A stretch of DNA of 64,000 nucleotides from Dehalococcoidia bacterium (GTDB lineage Bacteria > Chloroflexota > Dehalococcoidia > SM23-28-2 > RBG-16-64-32), in assembly GCA_034432935.1 (NCBI GenBank), contig DAOUBD010000028.1, forward strand, positions 1,816-65,815, written 5' to 3'. A program made the position numbers and the translations under genes. This document shows, piece by piece, positions 29,023-38,487 of this stretch. The notes under the pieces are model-generated. The model ran no database searches, had not been told where the DNA came from, and saw nothing but the letters and a program-made list of their open reading frames with translations. Position 1 is the first letter of the stretch; each line of letters starts with the position of its first letter.

Positions 29023-29939
29023 TGGCAACGGAACGCGACCCCAGGCCGCTGCGCCCAACAACAGGAGGAGAGCCCCCGCTCATGAAGCAGCCTAAGCATC
29101 CCACGAAGGGACGCCCCAAGCTTGTCAGCGCCGCCATCTGGCTGGCCGCCGCCCTCGCGGCCGGAGCGCTGGCGGCCCTGGCCTATTTCGTCAGCCCCAT
29201 CCTCACTCTGGTCATCGTCTGCTTCCTCCTCTGGTTCACCCTCTGGCGCCTCATCCGTAACTTCTACCGGCAACAGGCGTCCTTCCACCGTCAGCTGGAA
29301 GAGATGAGGGCCAGCTACGAGTCCATCATCGGCACCCTGAGCGGCGCCCTGGGCCTCGTGGACAGCGTAACGGCCCGGCAGGCCCAGCGGATGTCTCACC
29401 TGGCCTCCGTAGTCGCCTGGCAGATGGGGCTGCGCAAGGAAGACGTCCGCCGCATCGAGCAGGCGGCCATCCTCCACGATATCGGCAAGATGGGCATCGG
29501 GGAGAACGTTCTCTCCAAGGCGGGCCCCCTGACCCCCAGCGAGTGGGAGGCGATGAAACGCCACCCCAAGCTGGGCTTCCAGGTGCTGCACGGCATCGGC
29601 TTCCTGCGGGACGTCGCCGAGATCGTCTACGCGCACCACGAACGCTGGGATGGAGGCGGCTACCCGAGGGGCCTTTGCGGCGAGGAGATACCGCTGGGTT
29701 CGCGCATCTTCGCCGTTATCGACGCCTATCAGGCCATGACTTCGGACCGCCCCTACCGCCGCGCCATGAGCCATGCTGAGGCCGTGGAGGAGCTGGTGCG
29801 CAACGCCGGCAGCCAGTTCGACCCCGGCGTCGTCCAGGCCTTTCTGGAAGCAGAGAGGCGTGGCCTCATCTCGCCTGAGGCCGCTGCCCCGCCGGAGGCA
29901 GCGGCCCCATCGGGCGCCACGGGAGTCGCCCTCGAATGA
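29022..29939 (+). CDS. HD-GYP phosphodiesterase with 2 TM N-terminus
   Basis: 'HDIGKMGI' and 'HHERWDGGGYPRGL'. ATG overlaps the GGDEF TGA (TGATG). Confidence 0.75.
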   Translation: MATERDPRPLRPTTGGEPPLMKQPKHPTKGRPKLVSAAIWLAAALAAGALAALAYFVSPILTLVIVCFLLWFTLWRLIRNFYRQQASFHRQLEEMRASYESIIGTLSGALGLVDSVTARQAQRMSHLASVVAWQMGLRKEDVRRIEQAAILHDIGKMGIGENVLSKAGPLTPSEWEAMKRHPKLGFQVLHGIGFLRDVAEIVYAHHERWDGGGYPRGLCGEEIPLGSRIFAVIDAYQAMTSDRPYRRAMSHAEAVEELVRNAGSQFDPGVVQAFLEAERRGLISPEAAAPPEAAAPSGATGVALE

Positions 29940-30508
29940 CCCAGCCGCTGACGGCGCCCGAGGCCAGCATCACCCGCGTGGTAGCCGAGATCGTCATGGG
30001 CCGCTACCGGGTGACAGGTGAGCTGCGTCTTCCTGGCCTCCCCCGCCGCTTCGTGGACCTCATGAACGCCCTGGAGCGCTCCTTTGCCATCGCCTTCGAC
30101 GCCCTCATCGAGCCCCTGGCAGCCGGCGGCGACGGCGACACGGCGACGCGCCTCGATGTCGTCCAGCTCCAGCCGGAGGCCATCCTCTTCGCCATCAAGC
30201 GTGGCGGAGATGAGCCGCCGCGCAGCAGTTTCGAGGCGGTAAAGAAGGTGCCGGTGCCCTCCGTAATAGTGCTGCCCGGGTTCAAGATCGTGGGCAAGGT
30301 CTGGGAGATCCCAGGGGCAGACCCCCTGCGTGTGGCCTTGGTGGGCAAGCACCAGTTCGTGCCGGTCACTGAGGCAGAGATCTTCTCCTCCTACGGCGCG
30401 GCCTCTTGGCACGAGCCCTTCGTGGCGGTCAACATGGGCCGGGCCCTCCTCTACGCCCCGCGGACCGCGGAGCGGGGCCGCGGCGAGAATCCCGGCCCGG
30501 ACATCTAG
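29936..30508 (+). CDS. Hypothetical protein, 190 aa, translationally coupled (ATGA) to the HD-GYP gene
   Basis: Continuous ORF, same strand, 4-nt overlap. No recognisable domain; not PilZ (no RxxxR…DxSxxG). Confidence 0.5.
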   Translation: MTQPLTAPEASITRVVAEIVMGRYRVTGELRLPGLPRRFVDLMNALERSFAIAFDALIEPLAAGGDGDTATRLDVVQLQPEAILFAIKRGGDEPPRSSFEAVKKVPVPSVIVLPGFKIVGKVWEIPGADPLRVALVGKHQFVPVTEAEIFSSYGAASWHEPFVAVNMGRALLYAPRTAERGRGENPGPDI

Positions 30509-31341
30509 ACGTCGTCCGGCAGTTCTTGCCCCGTCTGCCTGGCCAAACGCTCGGCGGCCCCGAAGCGTTCGCGCCGGAACTCTTCCCCGTAGCCGAAGCC
30601 GGCCCGCTGGCCCACCGCCCTGGCCCAGGCCCTGATCTGCGCCTCGATGATGGGCCTGAAGTCCTTGGGGCTCGCGTCCCGCAGCGCCGGGATCTCCAGG
30701 CCAGAGGCCCGCAAGGCGATCTGGGCCTCCATTACCGTCATCTCCATCTGGCAGACGTGGGCGCAGAGGGCGTCGATCTTGCGGCCAATGTAACTGCTGA
30801 TGTCCACCACCTTGTTCACGTCCCGGGGCGACTTGGCGAAGTAGTAACGCTCGCCGACGTAGTGGGGCGCCAACCCCTCATCGCGGTGTTCCGGGTGATA
30901 GAGGGGGAAGTGGGCGAAGGCTGCCGCCTCTGCCGCGGCCCAGGCCACCGCCCGGTGGTCCTGATGGTCCTCGTAGGGCGCGTGGGGATCCCAGGTGAAG
31001 ATGACGTCCGGCCTGTGCCGGCGGATGGCGCGCATGCAGCGCTCCCTCAGCTCGTTCAGAGGAGTCTCGGAGAGGCGGCCGTCTTCGTAGCCGAGGAACT
31101 CCACGTCTGGGTTCACGCCCAGGATGCGCGCCCCCTCCCGGGCCTCCTGCCGCCGGGCCTCGGCCGTGAACTGGGGGCTCCACTCCGGCTCCAATGTCCC
31201 GCGCTCGTTGTTGGTGGCGATGACCTCCCGGATCTCGTACCCCAGGTCCGCCATCTTGGCTATCGTGCCGCCCGCCATGAACTCCATGTCGTCGGCGTGG
31301 GCGACGATGACCAGCACCCGCTTCTTGTCCTCGGCAGACAT
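30505..31341 (-). CDS. PIG-L/LmbE-family N-acetylglucosaminyl deacetylase
   Basis: 'VLVIVAHADDMEFMAGGT' and 'HPDHRAV' zinc-binding motifs. Confidence 0.75.
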   Translation of the reverse strand: MSAEDKKRVLVIVAHADDMEFMAGGTIAKMADLGYEIREVIATNNERGTLEPEWSPQFTAEARRQEAREGARILGVNPDVEFLGYEDGRLSETPLNELRERCMRAIRRHRPDVIFTWDPHAPYEDHQDHRAVAWAAAEAAAFAHFPLYHPEHRDEGLAPHYVGERYYFAKSPRDVNKVVDISSYIGRKIDALCAHVCQMEMTVMEAQIALRASGLEIPALRDASPKDFRPIIEAQIRAWARAVGQRAGFGYGEEFRRERFGAAERLARQTGQELPDDV

Positions 31342-31345
31342 GCCT

Positions 31346-32725
31346 CTACCCTCCCCGCTGCGCTGCGCCTCGGGCGGCCTCTTGCAAGACGCTTGCCGCA
31401 GCCTCTCGCACTATCGCCTCCGCCTCGGGCGAGCAGAAGGTGACCCCGGACTCGTAGCCGCCTTCCTCGTAGGCGTCTGGCGGGATGACGTAGCCCACGT
31501 AGTCGTTGGCGTAGCAGGCGATGAGCAGTTCGTCCAGCCCGGACGCCCGCCGGATGGCCTCCCCAGTCTCGGCGAAGAACTCGCCAGGCAAGCCTAGGAC
31601 GGCGACGCCGTCACCTAGCACTAGCGCCTGGACCTCCGTGCGCTGGACGCGGGCCTCGCCGCGCACCCGGGCCCAGGCCGCAGCCCAGCGCTCGCTCTCG
31701 GTCCTGGTAAGCTGGGCCATCACCTCCCGCCGCTCGCCGCTCCCCTCAGGCAGCGCCCCGGCCCTGGCCCGTAGCTCCTGGAGGCGGACGGCGTACTCCT
31801 CATCGGGCGCGAAGGGGCGTAGCGGCAGGGCGATCTCGCGCAAAGCAGCGCCGAACTGGGGCGTGACGAGGCGGCCTGGGACCGGCTTCTCCGGGAACTC
31901 GTTCCAGCGGATGTTGTGGGCCCGCTGGCCGGGGCCCAGGGTGCGCAGCTCACCCATTACGCGCAGGGCCTGGCCGGCTATGATCTGGCCTACTCGGGCC
32001 ACGCTCTCGAAGTCCTGCCTGATCCACACGGGATTGACGTTCCCGCAGGCCCCGTTGAGGTAGACGCAGGGGGCGCCGGTCTGCTCCAGCAGGAGGCGGG
32101 CAGCGGCGCCTGGGAACTCCCCCGAGAGCATGAGGTTGGCCCCGCTCAAGACGGTGCCGTGGCATGCGAAATTGAGCACAGACGCCACGGGGCCTTCGTC
32201 CGCATCGGCCAGCAGCACCCGCATTACGGGATCGATGGGCCAGTCCGGATGGCGCCGGTTCATGCTTACGGTGTCCAGGATGGTCCGGCCGGCCTTCAGG
32301 GTGGCCGGCCTGCGTCCCTCCCAGGCCCGGGCGATGGCCCCCGCCACCTGGTCCACGAAGCGCCCGGCTAGCGCCTCGTCCAGGCGCGAGAACATCCCTC
32401 CCCGCAGGCCATAGGGGCCCGCATGGTTGTGCGTGGCGGCGAGAAGCAGGCCTTCCGCCGGCACGCCCGCGGCCTGGAAGGCCCGGCGGCGCAGTTCCGC
32501 CGTCACCTCCGGGTGCATCCCCAGGAGGTCGCAGGAGACTATGGCGCAGCGGCCGCTGGGTCCGTAGTCCAGGACAACGACCCGCGCCTCCAGAGGGTCG
32601 TGCACGCCCTCCGAGGGTGTCGTGCGGTTGCCGTAGCCATCCATCAGAACGCCCACGGGCGGCGTGATGTCGGCGGCGGCCGCGCCGGCCAGGAGCGAGG
32701 CCATAGCGCCACGAATGATAGGCAA
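31346..32725 (-). CDS. Neutral/alkaline ceramidase-like hydrolase
   Basis: N-terminal 'DITPPVG…GYGNR…HDPLEARVVVL' matches the neutral ceramidase N-domain signature. Confidence 0.45.
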   Translation of the reverse strand: MPIIRGAMASLLAGAAAADITPPVGVLMDGYGNRTTPSEGVHDPLEARVVVLDYGPSGRCAIVSCDLLGMHPEVTAELRRRAFQAAGVPAEGLLLAATHNHAGPYGLRGGMFSRLDEALAGRFVDQVAGAIARAWEGRRPATLKAGRTILDTVSMNRRHPDWPIDPVMRVLLADADEGPVASVLNFACHGTVLSGANLMLSGEFPGAAARLLLEQTGAPCVYLNGACGNVNPVWIRQDFESVARVGQIIAGQALRVMGELRTLGPGQRAHNIRWNEFPEKPVPGRLVTPQFGAALREIALPLRPFAPDEEYAVRLQELRARAGALPEGSGERREVMAQLTRTESERWAAAWARVRGEARVQRTEVQALVLGDGVAVLGLPGEFFAETGEAIRRASGLDELLIACYANDYVGYVIPPDAYEEGGYESGVTFCSPEAEAIVREAAASVLQEAARGAAQRGG

Positions 32726-32757
32726 GCGGGAGCGGTGTGTCGAGATGCGGGGCGCCC

Positions 32758-34152
32758 CTAGGATGCGCCCAAGACGCGGCGCAGCCCCTCCAGAGTCATG
32801 TTCCCGCCGCTGACCACTACCGCCACCCGCTTGCCCGCCAGCCGGTCCCTCATCTGCACAACCCCGGCCAGGGCGGCCGCTCCGGAGTCCTCCGCGACCA
32901 CATGGGCAGATGTCAGGAGCATCGACACGGCCTCCTCCATCTCCCTCTCGCTGACCAGAAGCATGTCCTCCAGCCCTCCGATGAAGGTCTTCACCGGCAG
33001 GTAGTAGGCGTAGCCCGTGGCCAGGCCCTCGGCATGAGTATCGATGGGCGCGCGCTGTAGCTTTCTCTCCTTGAAGGAGCGATATACGGCAGGGGCCCCC
33101 GCCGCCTGGACGCCGAAGACCTGCACGGCCGGCCTGAGGGCCTTGGCCACGAGGCAGTGGCCCACGGCGCCGCTGCCCCCGCCCACCGGCGAGACGATGA
33201 CGTCCACATCCGGCAGGTCCTCCACGATCTCCAGGCTCAGGGTGGCCACGCCGGTGATGAGCTCCGGCGCGTTGATGTGATGAACGTAGCGGAGCCCTTC
33301 GCGCTGGGCGAGGGCCTCAGCCCAGGCCCGTGCCTCTTCGAAGTTGGCGCCGTGGAACTGCACCTCGGCGCCGAGGGCGCGCATGGCCTCCACCTTCAGG
33401 GGATTGGCCTCCTCCGGCATTACGATGACGCAGCGCGCGCCCGCCATCTTGGCCCCGAAGGCCAGGGACTGGCCGTGGTTCCCCGTAGAGGCCCCCACGA
33501 TCCCCCGGGCCCGCTCCTCTTCCGTGAGGGAGGCCGCCAGATAGACGCCGCCCCGCACCTTGAAGGCGCCGATGGGCATCAGGTTCTCCAGCTTCAGGTA
33601 CACTTCGCACCCCAAGAGACGCGAGATGGCGCCGTTGCGCAAAAGCGGCGTGCGGGGCAGCCGGCCTTCGATGACGTGCTTGGCACGGTAGACGTCGGCC
33701 AGCGAAGGCAGGCGCTCGATGCGCCGGTCGTATACCATGCCCACCACGCCAGTGCGCAGGCTGCCGCAGACGCGGCGCAACTTGTCCTCGATCTCCGGCG
33801 GCAGGATTTCGGTCCGCAGGAACCCCAGCGCCTCGAAGTAGCCCGCTAGGTCGGTGGTGATGTAGACCTCGTCCTGGGGGAAGCGAGCGATGAGCTCCCG
33901 GACGATGCGGGCGCCCAGACCACGGCCGCGCTCATCCTCGGCCACGGCCAGGCACCCCAGCTCATACGTGGCCTTATAGGGCTTTATGCGGCCGAAGGCC
34001 ACGATGCGGCCGCCCCTGCGCACGGTCACGAACTGTTCCGGCCGCAGGTCTTCGGGGTCCAGGCGCAGCCTCTCCACCGTCTCCCGTATGAAGGGCATAT
34101 CGGCCGCCGTGGCCGGCGTCAGGGGCAGCGATGCTGCCGAGTCATCACCCAT
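32758..34152 (-). CDS. GNAT acetyltransferase fused to PLP-dependent threonine/serine dehydratase
   Basis: N-terminal ~130 aa GNAT ('VAEDERGRGLGARIV'). C-terminal 'LKLENLMPIGAFKVRG' with PLP-Lys and glycine-rich 'GASTGNHG' loop. Confidence 0.7.
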   Translation of the reverse strand: MGDDSAASLPLTPATAADMPFIRETVERLRLDPEDLRPEQFVTVRRGGRIVAFGRIKPYKATYELGCLAVAEDERGRGLGARIVRELIARFPQDEVYITTDLAGYFEALGFLRTEILPPEIEDKLRRVCGSLRTGVVGMVYDRRIERLPSLADVYRAKHVIEGRLPRTPLLRNGAISRLLGCEVYLKLENLMPIGAFKVRGGVYLAASLTEEERARGIVGASTGNHGQSLAFGAKMAGARCVIVMPEEANPLKVEAMRALGAEVQFHGANFEEARAWAEALAQREGLRYVHHINAPELITGVATLSLEIVEDLPDVDVIVSPVGGGSGAVGHCLVAKALRPAVQVFGVQAAGAPAVYRSFKERKLQRAPIDTHAEGLATGYAYYLPVKTFIGGLEDMLLVSEREMEEAVSMLLTSAHVVAEDSGAAALAGVVQMRDRLAGKRVAVVVSGGNMTLEGLRRVLGAS

Positions 34153-34253
34153 GGCGCCATCATATCAGCCCGAGGGGTTGTAAAGCTTGGAGTAAGGTCT
34201 ACAATGGGGTTACGGGTCGCCCCTGCCGGCAGCGTAGAGCAAGGAGGTTGGCT

Positions 34254-34544
34254 ATGCCCCGCTACATCGTCCTCTACCGCTTCACCGACGAAGGCCTCAA
34301 GCACATCAAGGACACGGTGAAACGCGCCCAAGAGGTGCGCAAGGCCAACGAGGCCCGCGGCTTCAAGATCATCGGCACCTACTGGACGCAGGGGCGATAC
34401 GACCTCGTCTCCATCGTCGAGGCGCCCGATGAGGAATCGATGCTGGCCGGCCTCTTCAACATCGCCGAGGCCGGGAACGTCCACAGCGAGACCCTGCGGG
34501 CCTTCGACGAGGCCGAGATGACGCGGGCGCTGGCCAAGGCCTGA
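34254..34544 (+). CDS. GYD-domain protein
   Basis: RBS AAGGAGG; 'MPRYIVLYRFTDEG…GTYWTQGRYDLVSIVEAPD' defines the GYD family. Confidence 0.65.
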   Translation: MPRYIVLYRFTDEGLKHIKDTVKRAQEVRKANEARGFKIIGTYWTQGRYDLVSIVEAPDEESMLAGLFNIAEAGNVHSETLRAFDEAEMTRALAKA

Positions 34545-34578
34545 GGGCCTACCCGCTGGACTGGCGGCGGGCGCCCTC

Positions 34579-35673
34579 CTATTCGCCCAGCCAGAGGTCT
34601 ATGGGCCGCGCCGCACCGGTGGCGAACGGCAGTGCTACTCGCTGCCCTGTGCGGGCTGACTGATAGGCCGCGCAGATGATCTCCAGCACCGCGCGGCCGT
34701 CCTCGCCCGTGAGCATCGGTTGCTTACCGGCCTCGATGCACTCGACGAAGTGGGCCATCTCCTGGGGGAAACCGTAGTTCCAGGCCTCCTCGAAGGCGGT
34801 CCACGTCCAGCCGCGGGTGGTGGGCGCTTTCTCGCTGGCCTTGCTGTAGCCCCGGGCGCTGTAGGTGTTGAGGGCGTTGCCCCGGGCGATATCGGCCACC
34901 GTTAGCCCCCGCGTCCCGTAGACCTCGGCCCGGTCGTCCAGCCCGCCGGTGCGCCCCCACGAGTTCTCGGCCACGCCGATGCCGCCCCGCGGGTGGGCCT
35001 CGGTGGGAGCGAAGCGCATGGTGACGACGGCGTGGTCATCGCCGCGGGTCTTCTCCCTGTGGACGAAGTTGCCTACTTCGGCGTACACGCTCTCCACCGG
35101 CGCGTTACCGAAGACCCAGCGGCAGAAGGCGATGGAATGGCAGCCCATGTCCATGAGCACGCCACCGCCGGAACGATTGACGTCCCAGAACCAGTCGGAG
35201 TGGGGGCCATAATGGGCCTCCAGCTGCCGCACGTAGTAGACCTCCCCAAGGGCGCCCTCGTCGGCCAGCGCCTTGGCCCGCGCATACTTCGGCGCGAAGC
35301 AGAGGTTCTCTCCGTACATGAGGATGACCCCCGCCTGGCGGCAGGCCTCGATCATCCGGTCACACTCGGCCAGGCTCAGGGCCAGCGGCTTGTCCACGAA
35401 GACGTGCTTGCCGGCTGCTGCCGCTGCCAGGGTCACCTCGCAGTGCAGGTCGTTGGGACAGGCCACTGTCACCGCATCCACGAGACCGCTCTCCAGCATG
35501 TCCCGGTAGTCTTTGAAGGCGTGGGGGATGTCGAAGCGGCGGCGAAACTCCCATATATGCTCCGGATTGGGCGAGGCCGCCGCCGTTAGCTCTGCGCCCC
35601 GAACCCTACGGAGCCCCTCGGCGTGGAGCCCCGCCACGAACCTGGAACCGATGATGCCGACGCGAATGGTCAT
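34579..35673 (-). CDS. Gfo/Idh/MocA-family NAD(P)-dependent oxidoreductase
   Basis: 'IRVGIIGSRFVAGLH' Rossmann N-terminus and 'EKP' motif. Confidence 0.8.
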   Translation of the reverse strand: MTIRVGIIGSRFVAGLHAEGLRRVRGAELTAAASPNPEHIWEFRRRFDIPHAFKDYRDMLESGLVDAVTVACPNDLHCEVTLAAAAAGKHVFVDKPLALSLAECDRMIEACRQAGVILMYGENLCFAPKYARAKALADEGALGEVYYVRQLEAHYGPHSDWFWDVNRSGGGVLMDMGCHSIAFCRWVFGNAPVESVYAEVGNFVHREKTRGDDHAVVTMRFAPTEAHPRGGIGVAENSWGRTGGLDDRAEVYGTRGLTVADIARGNALNTYSARGYSKASEKAPTTRGWTWTAFEEAWNYGFPQEMAHFVECIEAGKQPMLTGEDGRAVLEIICAAYQSARTGQRVALPFATGAARPIDLWLGE

Positions 35674-35715
35674 CGCCAAATACCCCCTCTGAAGCACCCC
35701 CCGTTACCCCGCATA

Positions 35716-37065
35716 TCATATCGCATGCCCGCGGGCGGCAGGCAGCTCCACGGCCTCGCGGTGGGTCAGGTAGTAGGCCAAGGCCAGCGCCACCCCCAGA
35801 CCGCACATCGCCGCGTTGAACTCCACCGCTGTGGCCACTCCCAATCGCTGGGCCAGCACCCCCGTAAGGTACCCGCCGAAGGGAGTCGAGCCTGCGAACA
35901 GCAGCATCCAGATGCCCATCACCCGGCCGCGCAGGTGGTCTGGGGTCGAGAGCTGGAGCGAGGTATTGGCGGTGGCAGAGAAGGCGGTGTTCACCAGCCC
36001 CAGCAAAAGGAGCGCCAAGAGGGTCACCGGAAACCACCGGCTGAGGCCCACCGCCGCCAGCAACACGGCGAAGAGGGCGCCCCCCGTGAACATCACCGGC
36101 CGGGCCGCCCGCCGGCTCCCGGCCAGGAGCAGAGCGGAGACCAGCGCGCCCAACCCGAGGGCGGCGTTCAGGAACCCCAGCTCCGTGGAGCCACGGCCCA
36201 GCACGTAGCGGGTTACCAGGGGCAGAACGACTATGAAGTTGTAGCCGAACATGCCGATGAAGAGGGCTATGATGACGATCAAGAAGGCGGCAGGGGTGCG
36301 AAGGGCGTAGGCCAGCCCCTCCTTCACCTCCTTCAGGGCGTTCAGTGGCGCCTCCGTGCCGTCCCTCGCCGTCATTAGCTGCGATTTGTCCATCATGAGG
36401 AGGCCCGTGATCACGGGTATGAAGCTGAGGGCGTTTATGGTGAACGCGGCCTTCACCCCTGCCGCAGAGATCACAGCGCCCCCGATGGCCGGCCCGATGA
36501 GCCTGGCAGCGTTGAACAAGCCCGAGTTGAGGGCCACGGCATTGAGCAGGTCCTCCTTGCCCACCATCTCCACGATGAACGCCTGGCGGGTAGGCTGGTC
36601 GAAAGCGTTGGCCAGGCCCAGCACCATGGCCAGGATGTACACGTGCCAGAGCTCCACCCAGCCCGTCCAAACGAGGAACGCAAGGGCCGCCGCCTGAAAC
36701 ATGGCTAACGACTGGGTCAGGACTATGAAGTCCCGCTTGGGCACCCGGTCAGCGATGACGCCCCCAAAGAGGACTAGGATGGTGATGGGCAGGAACTGGA
36801 GCATGACCACGGTGCCCAGGGCCTCCTTAGAGTCGGTAAGCTGCAGCACAAGCCAGGCCTGGGCCACCGTCTGCATCCACGTGCCGCTCAGGGAGATGCT
36901 TTGCCCCGCGAAGAACAGGCGGTAGTTACGGTGCCGCAGGGCCCGGAAGGTCTCCCGGGGGATGGGGGCGGCGCCCAACCCCGGCGTCACGGCTTCGACA
37001 GGGGGATCGCCGCGCCGAGGCCGCCAGGGCAGACGCAGGCGGGGCAGACGCAGGGCGCGGCTCAT
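35716..37065 (-). CDS. MFS transporter
   Basis: 12 predicted TM helices and MFS loop motifs; start chosen at 'MSRALRL' with GGAGAGG RBS. Confidence 0.7.
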   Translation of the reverse strand: MSRALRLPRLRLPWRPRRGDPPVEAVTPGLGAAPIPRETFRALRHRNYRLFFAGQSISLSGTWMQTVAQAWLVLQLTDSKEALGTVVMLQFLPITILVLFGGVIADRVPKRDFIVLTQSLAMFQAAALAFLVWTGWVELWHVYILAMVLGLANAFDQPTRQAFIVEMVGKEDLLNAVALNSGLFNAARLIGPAIGGAVISAAGVKAAFTINALSFIPVITGLLMMDKSQLMTARDGTEAPLNALKEVKEGLAYALRTPAAFLIVIIALFIGMFGYNFIVVLPLVTRYVLGRGSTELGFLNAALGLGALVSALLLAGSRRAARPVMFTGGALFAVLLAAVGLSRWFPVTLLALLLLGLVNTAFSATANTSLQLSTPDHLRGRVMGIWMLLFAGSTPFGGYLTGVLAQRLGVATAVEFNAAMCGLGVALALAYYLTHREAVELPAARGHAI

Positions 37066-37201
37066 GGTGGCCTCTCCATAGCCTGATGGTGAGCCCAGGG
37101 ATGGCGGATCGTCAACGTGCAGCCGGCGGACTGCCGGCGATCGCGGGCCCAGCCGGCGACTCCGCCAAACCACGGCCCAGGCGATGCCGGGATCGATCCC
37201 C

Positions 37202-38401
37202 TTAGGGACTCCGTCGGGGCAGCCGGCCCCGCCCGCTGACGACCTTGCCGATCGCCTCGGCGACGTCGTCCAGATCGGGCTCACTGACGGTGGGGTGCAC
37301 CAGGAGGGTGAAGAGCTCGCCCGAGAGCCGGCCGGCCACGGGACACGGCTCCCGGCCGAGGCCTCTCTCCCGGAACACCGGCTGCCGGGGCAGAGGCGTT
37401 GGGTAGCGCCGGGATATGGGAATGCCTTCCGCCGCGACAGCCCGTACGAAGTCCTCCAAATCGAGGCCGGCCTCGGGCCGGAGCCGGCAGACGAACTTGT
37501 AGTAGCTATGGACGACGCCGGGCGCCGAATACGGCGCTTCCACGGCTTCGATGCCAGCCAGCGCCCGCGCCAGGTAATCTGCGTTGCGGCGCCTGGCCTC
37601 CAGGTACTTCTCCAGACGCCGGAGCTGCACCAGCCCCGTCGCGGCCTGCATGGAGGTCATGCGGAAGTTATAGCCCAGGTCCAGATGGTAGTAGGCCCGC
37701 TCGCCGGGGGCTGGAGCCTCGCCGTGGTGGCGGAAGCGCCGCAGCCGCTCCGCCAGGGCGTCGTCTTCCGTGATGACACAGCCGCCCTCGCCGCCTGTCG
37801 TGAGGATCTTGTCCTCCCAAAAGCTGAAGCATCCCATCCGGCCCATGGTCCCAGCCTTCCTGCCCTTGTACAGAGCTCCGTGGGCCTGCGCCGCGTCCTC
37901 GATCAGGGCGATGCCCCTGGCCTCCGTCAGGGCGAGGAGCGAGTCCATCTCCGCGGGGTGGCCGTTCAGGTGAACGGCGATAACGGCCCTGGTGCGCGGC
38001 GTCATCTTCCTTTCGACATCCTCTGGCGCCAGGCAGAAGGTGCGCGGGTCGACGTCAGCGAAAACGGGCGTCGCGCCCTGGTGGAGCACGGGGGTGGCAG
38101 AGGCGATGAAGGTGTGGGCGGGCACGATCACCTCGTCGCCCGGGCCGATGTCCAGGGCCGCCAGCGCCGCTTGTATGGCGGCGGTGCCAGAGCTCACGGC
38201 CACGCAGTGGCGGACGCCGTGCCAGGCGGCCAACTCCGCCTCGAAGGCGGCCACCGCATCCCCGGTGAGCTGGGTCAGCCGGCCAGAGCGCAGGACTTCG
38301 GAGACAGCCGCAGCATCCTCATCGCCGAGGACGGGCCAGGGAGGGAAGGGCCTCTGCCGCACCTTCGGGCCGCCGTCGATGGCCAACTTCGCACTGTCCA
38401 C
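37202..38401 (-). CDS. DegT/DnrJ/EryC1/StrS-family PLP aminotransferase (sugar aminotransferase)
   Basis: 'IDGGPKV', 'AVSSGTAAI' and 'FSFWEDKIL' with PLP-Lys context. Confidence 0.8.
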   Translation of the reverse strand: MDSAKLAIDGGPKVRQRPFPPWPVLGDEDAAAVSEVLRSGRLTQLTGDAVAAFEAELAAWHGVRHCVAVSSGTAAIQAALAALDIGPGDEVIVPAHTFIASATPVLHQGATPVFADVDPRTFCLAPEDVERKMTPRTRAVIAVHLNGHPAEMDSLLALTEARGIALIEDAAQAHGALYKGRKAGTMGRMGCFSFWEDKILTTGGEGGCVITEDDALAERLRRFRHHGEAPAPGERAYYHLDLGYNFRMTSMQAATGLVQLRRLEKYLEARRRNADYLARALAGIEAVEAPYSAPGVVHSYYKFVCRLRPEAGLDLEDFVRAVAAEGIPISRRYPTPLPRQPVFRERGLGREPCPVAGRLSGELFTLLVHPTVSEPDLDDVAEAIGKVVSGRGRLPRRSP

Positions 38402-38487
38402 GCTGCGAGTATAGGATATCGGAGGGGCACCGTCAGCGGGCCGAGGCGGGCAGGCCCAGCGGCGCCGACCCAGAGGAGGGATACGTC

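Noticed and set aside
29936-30508. PilZ domain assignment for the 190-aa protein
   Set aside because: It lacks the RxxxR and D/NxSxxG signature motifs, so it is left as unknown.
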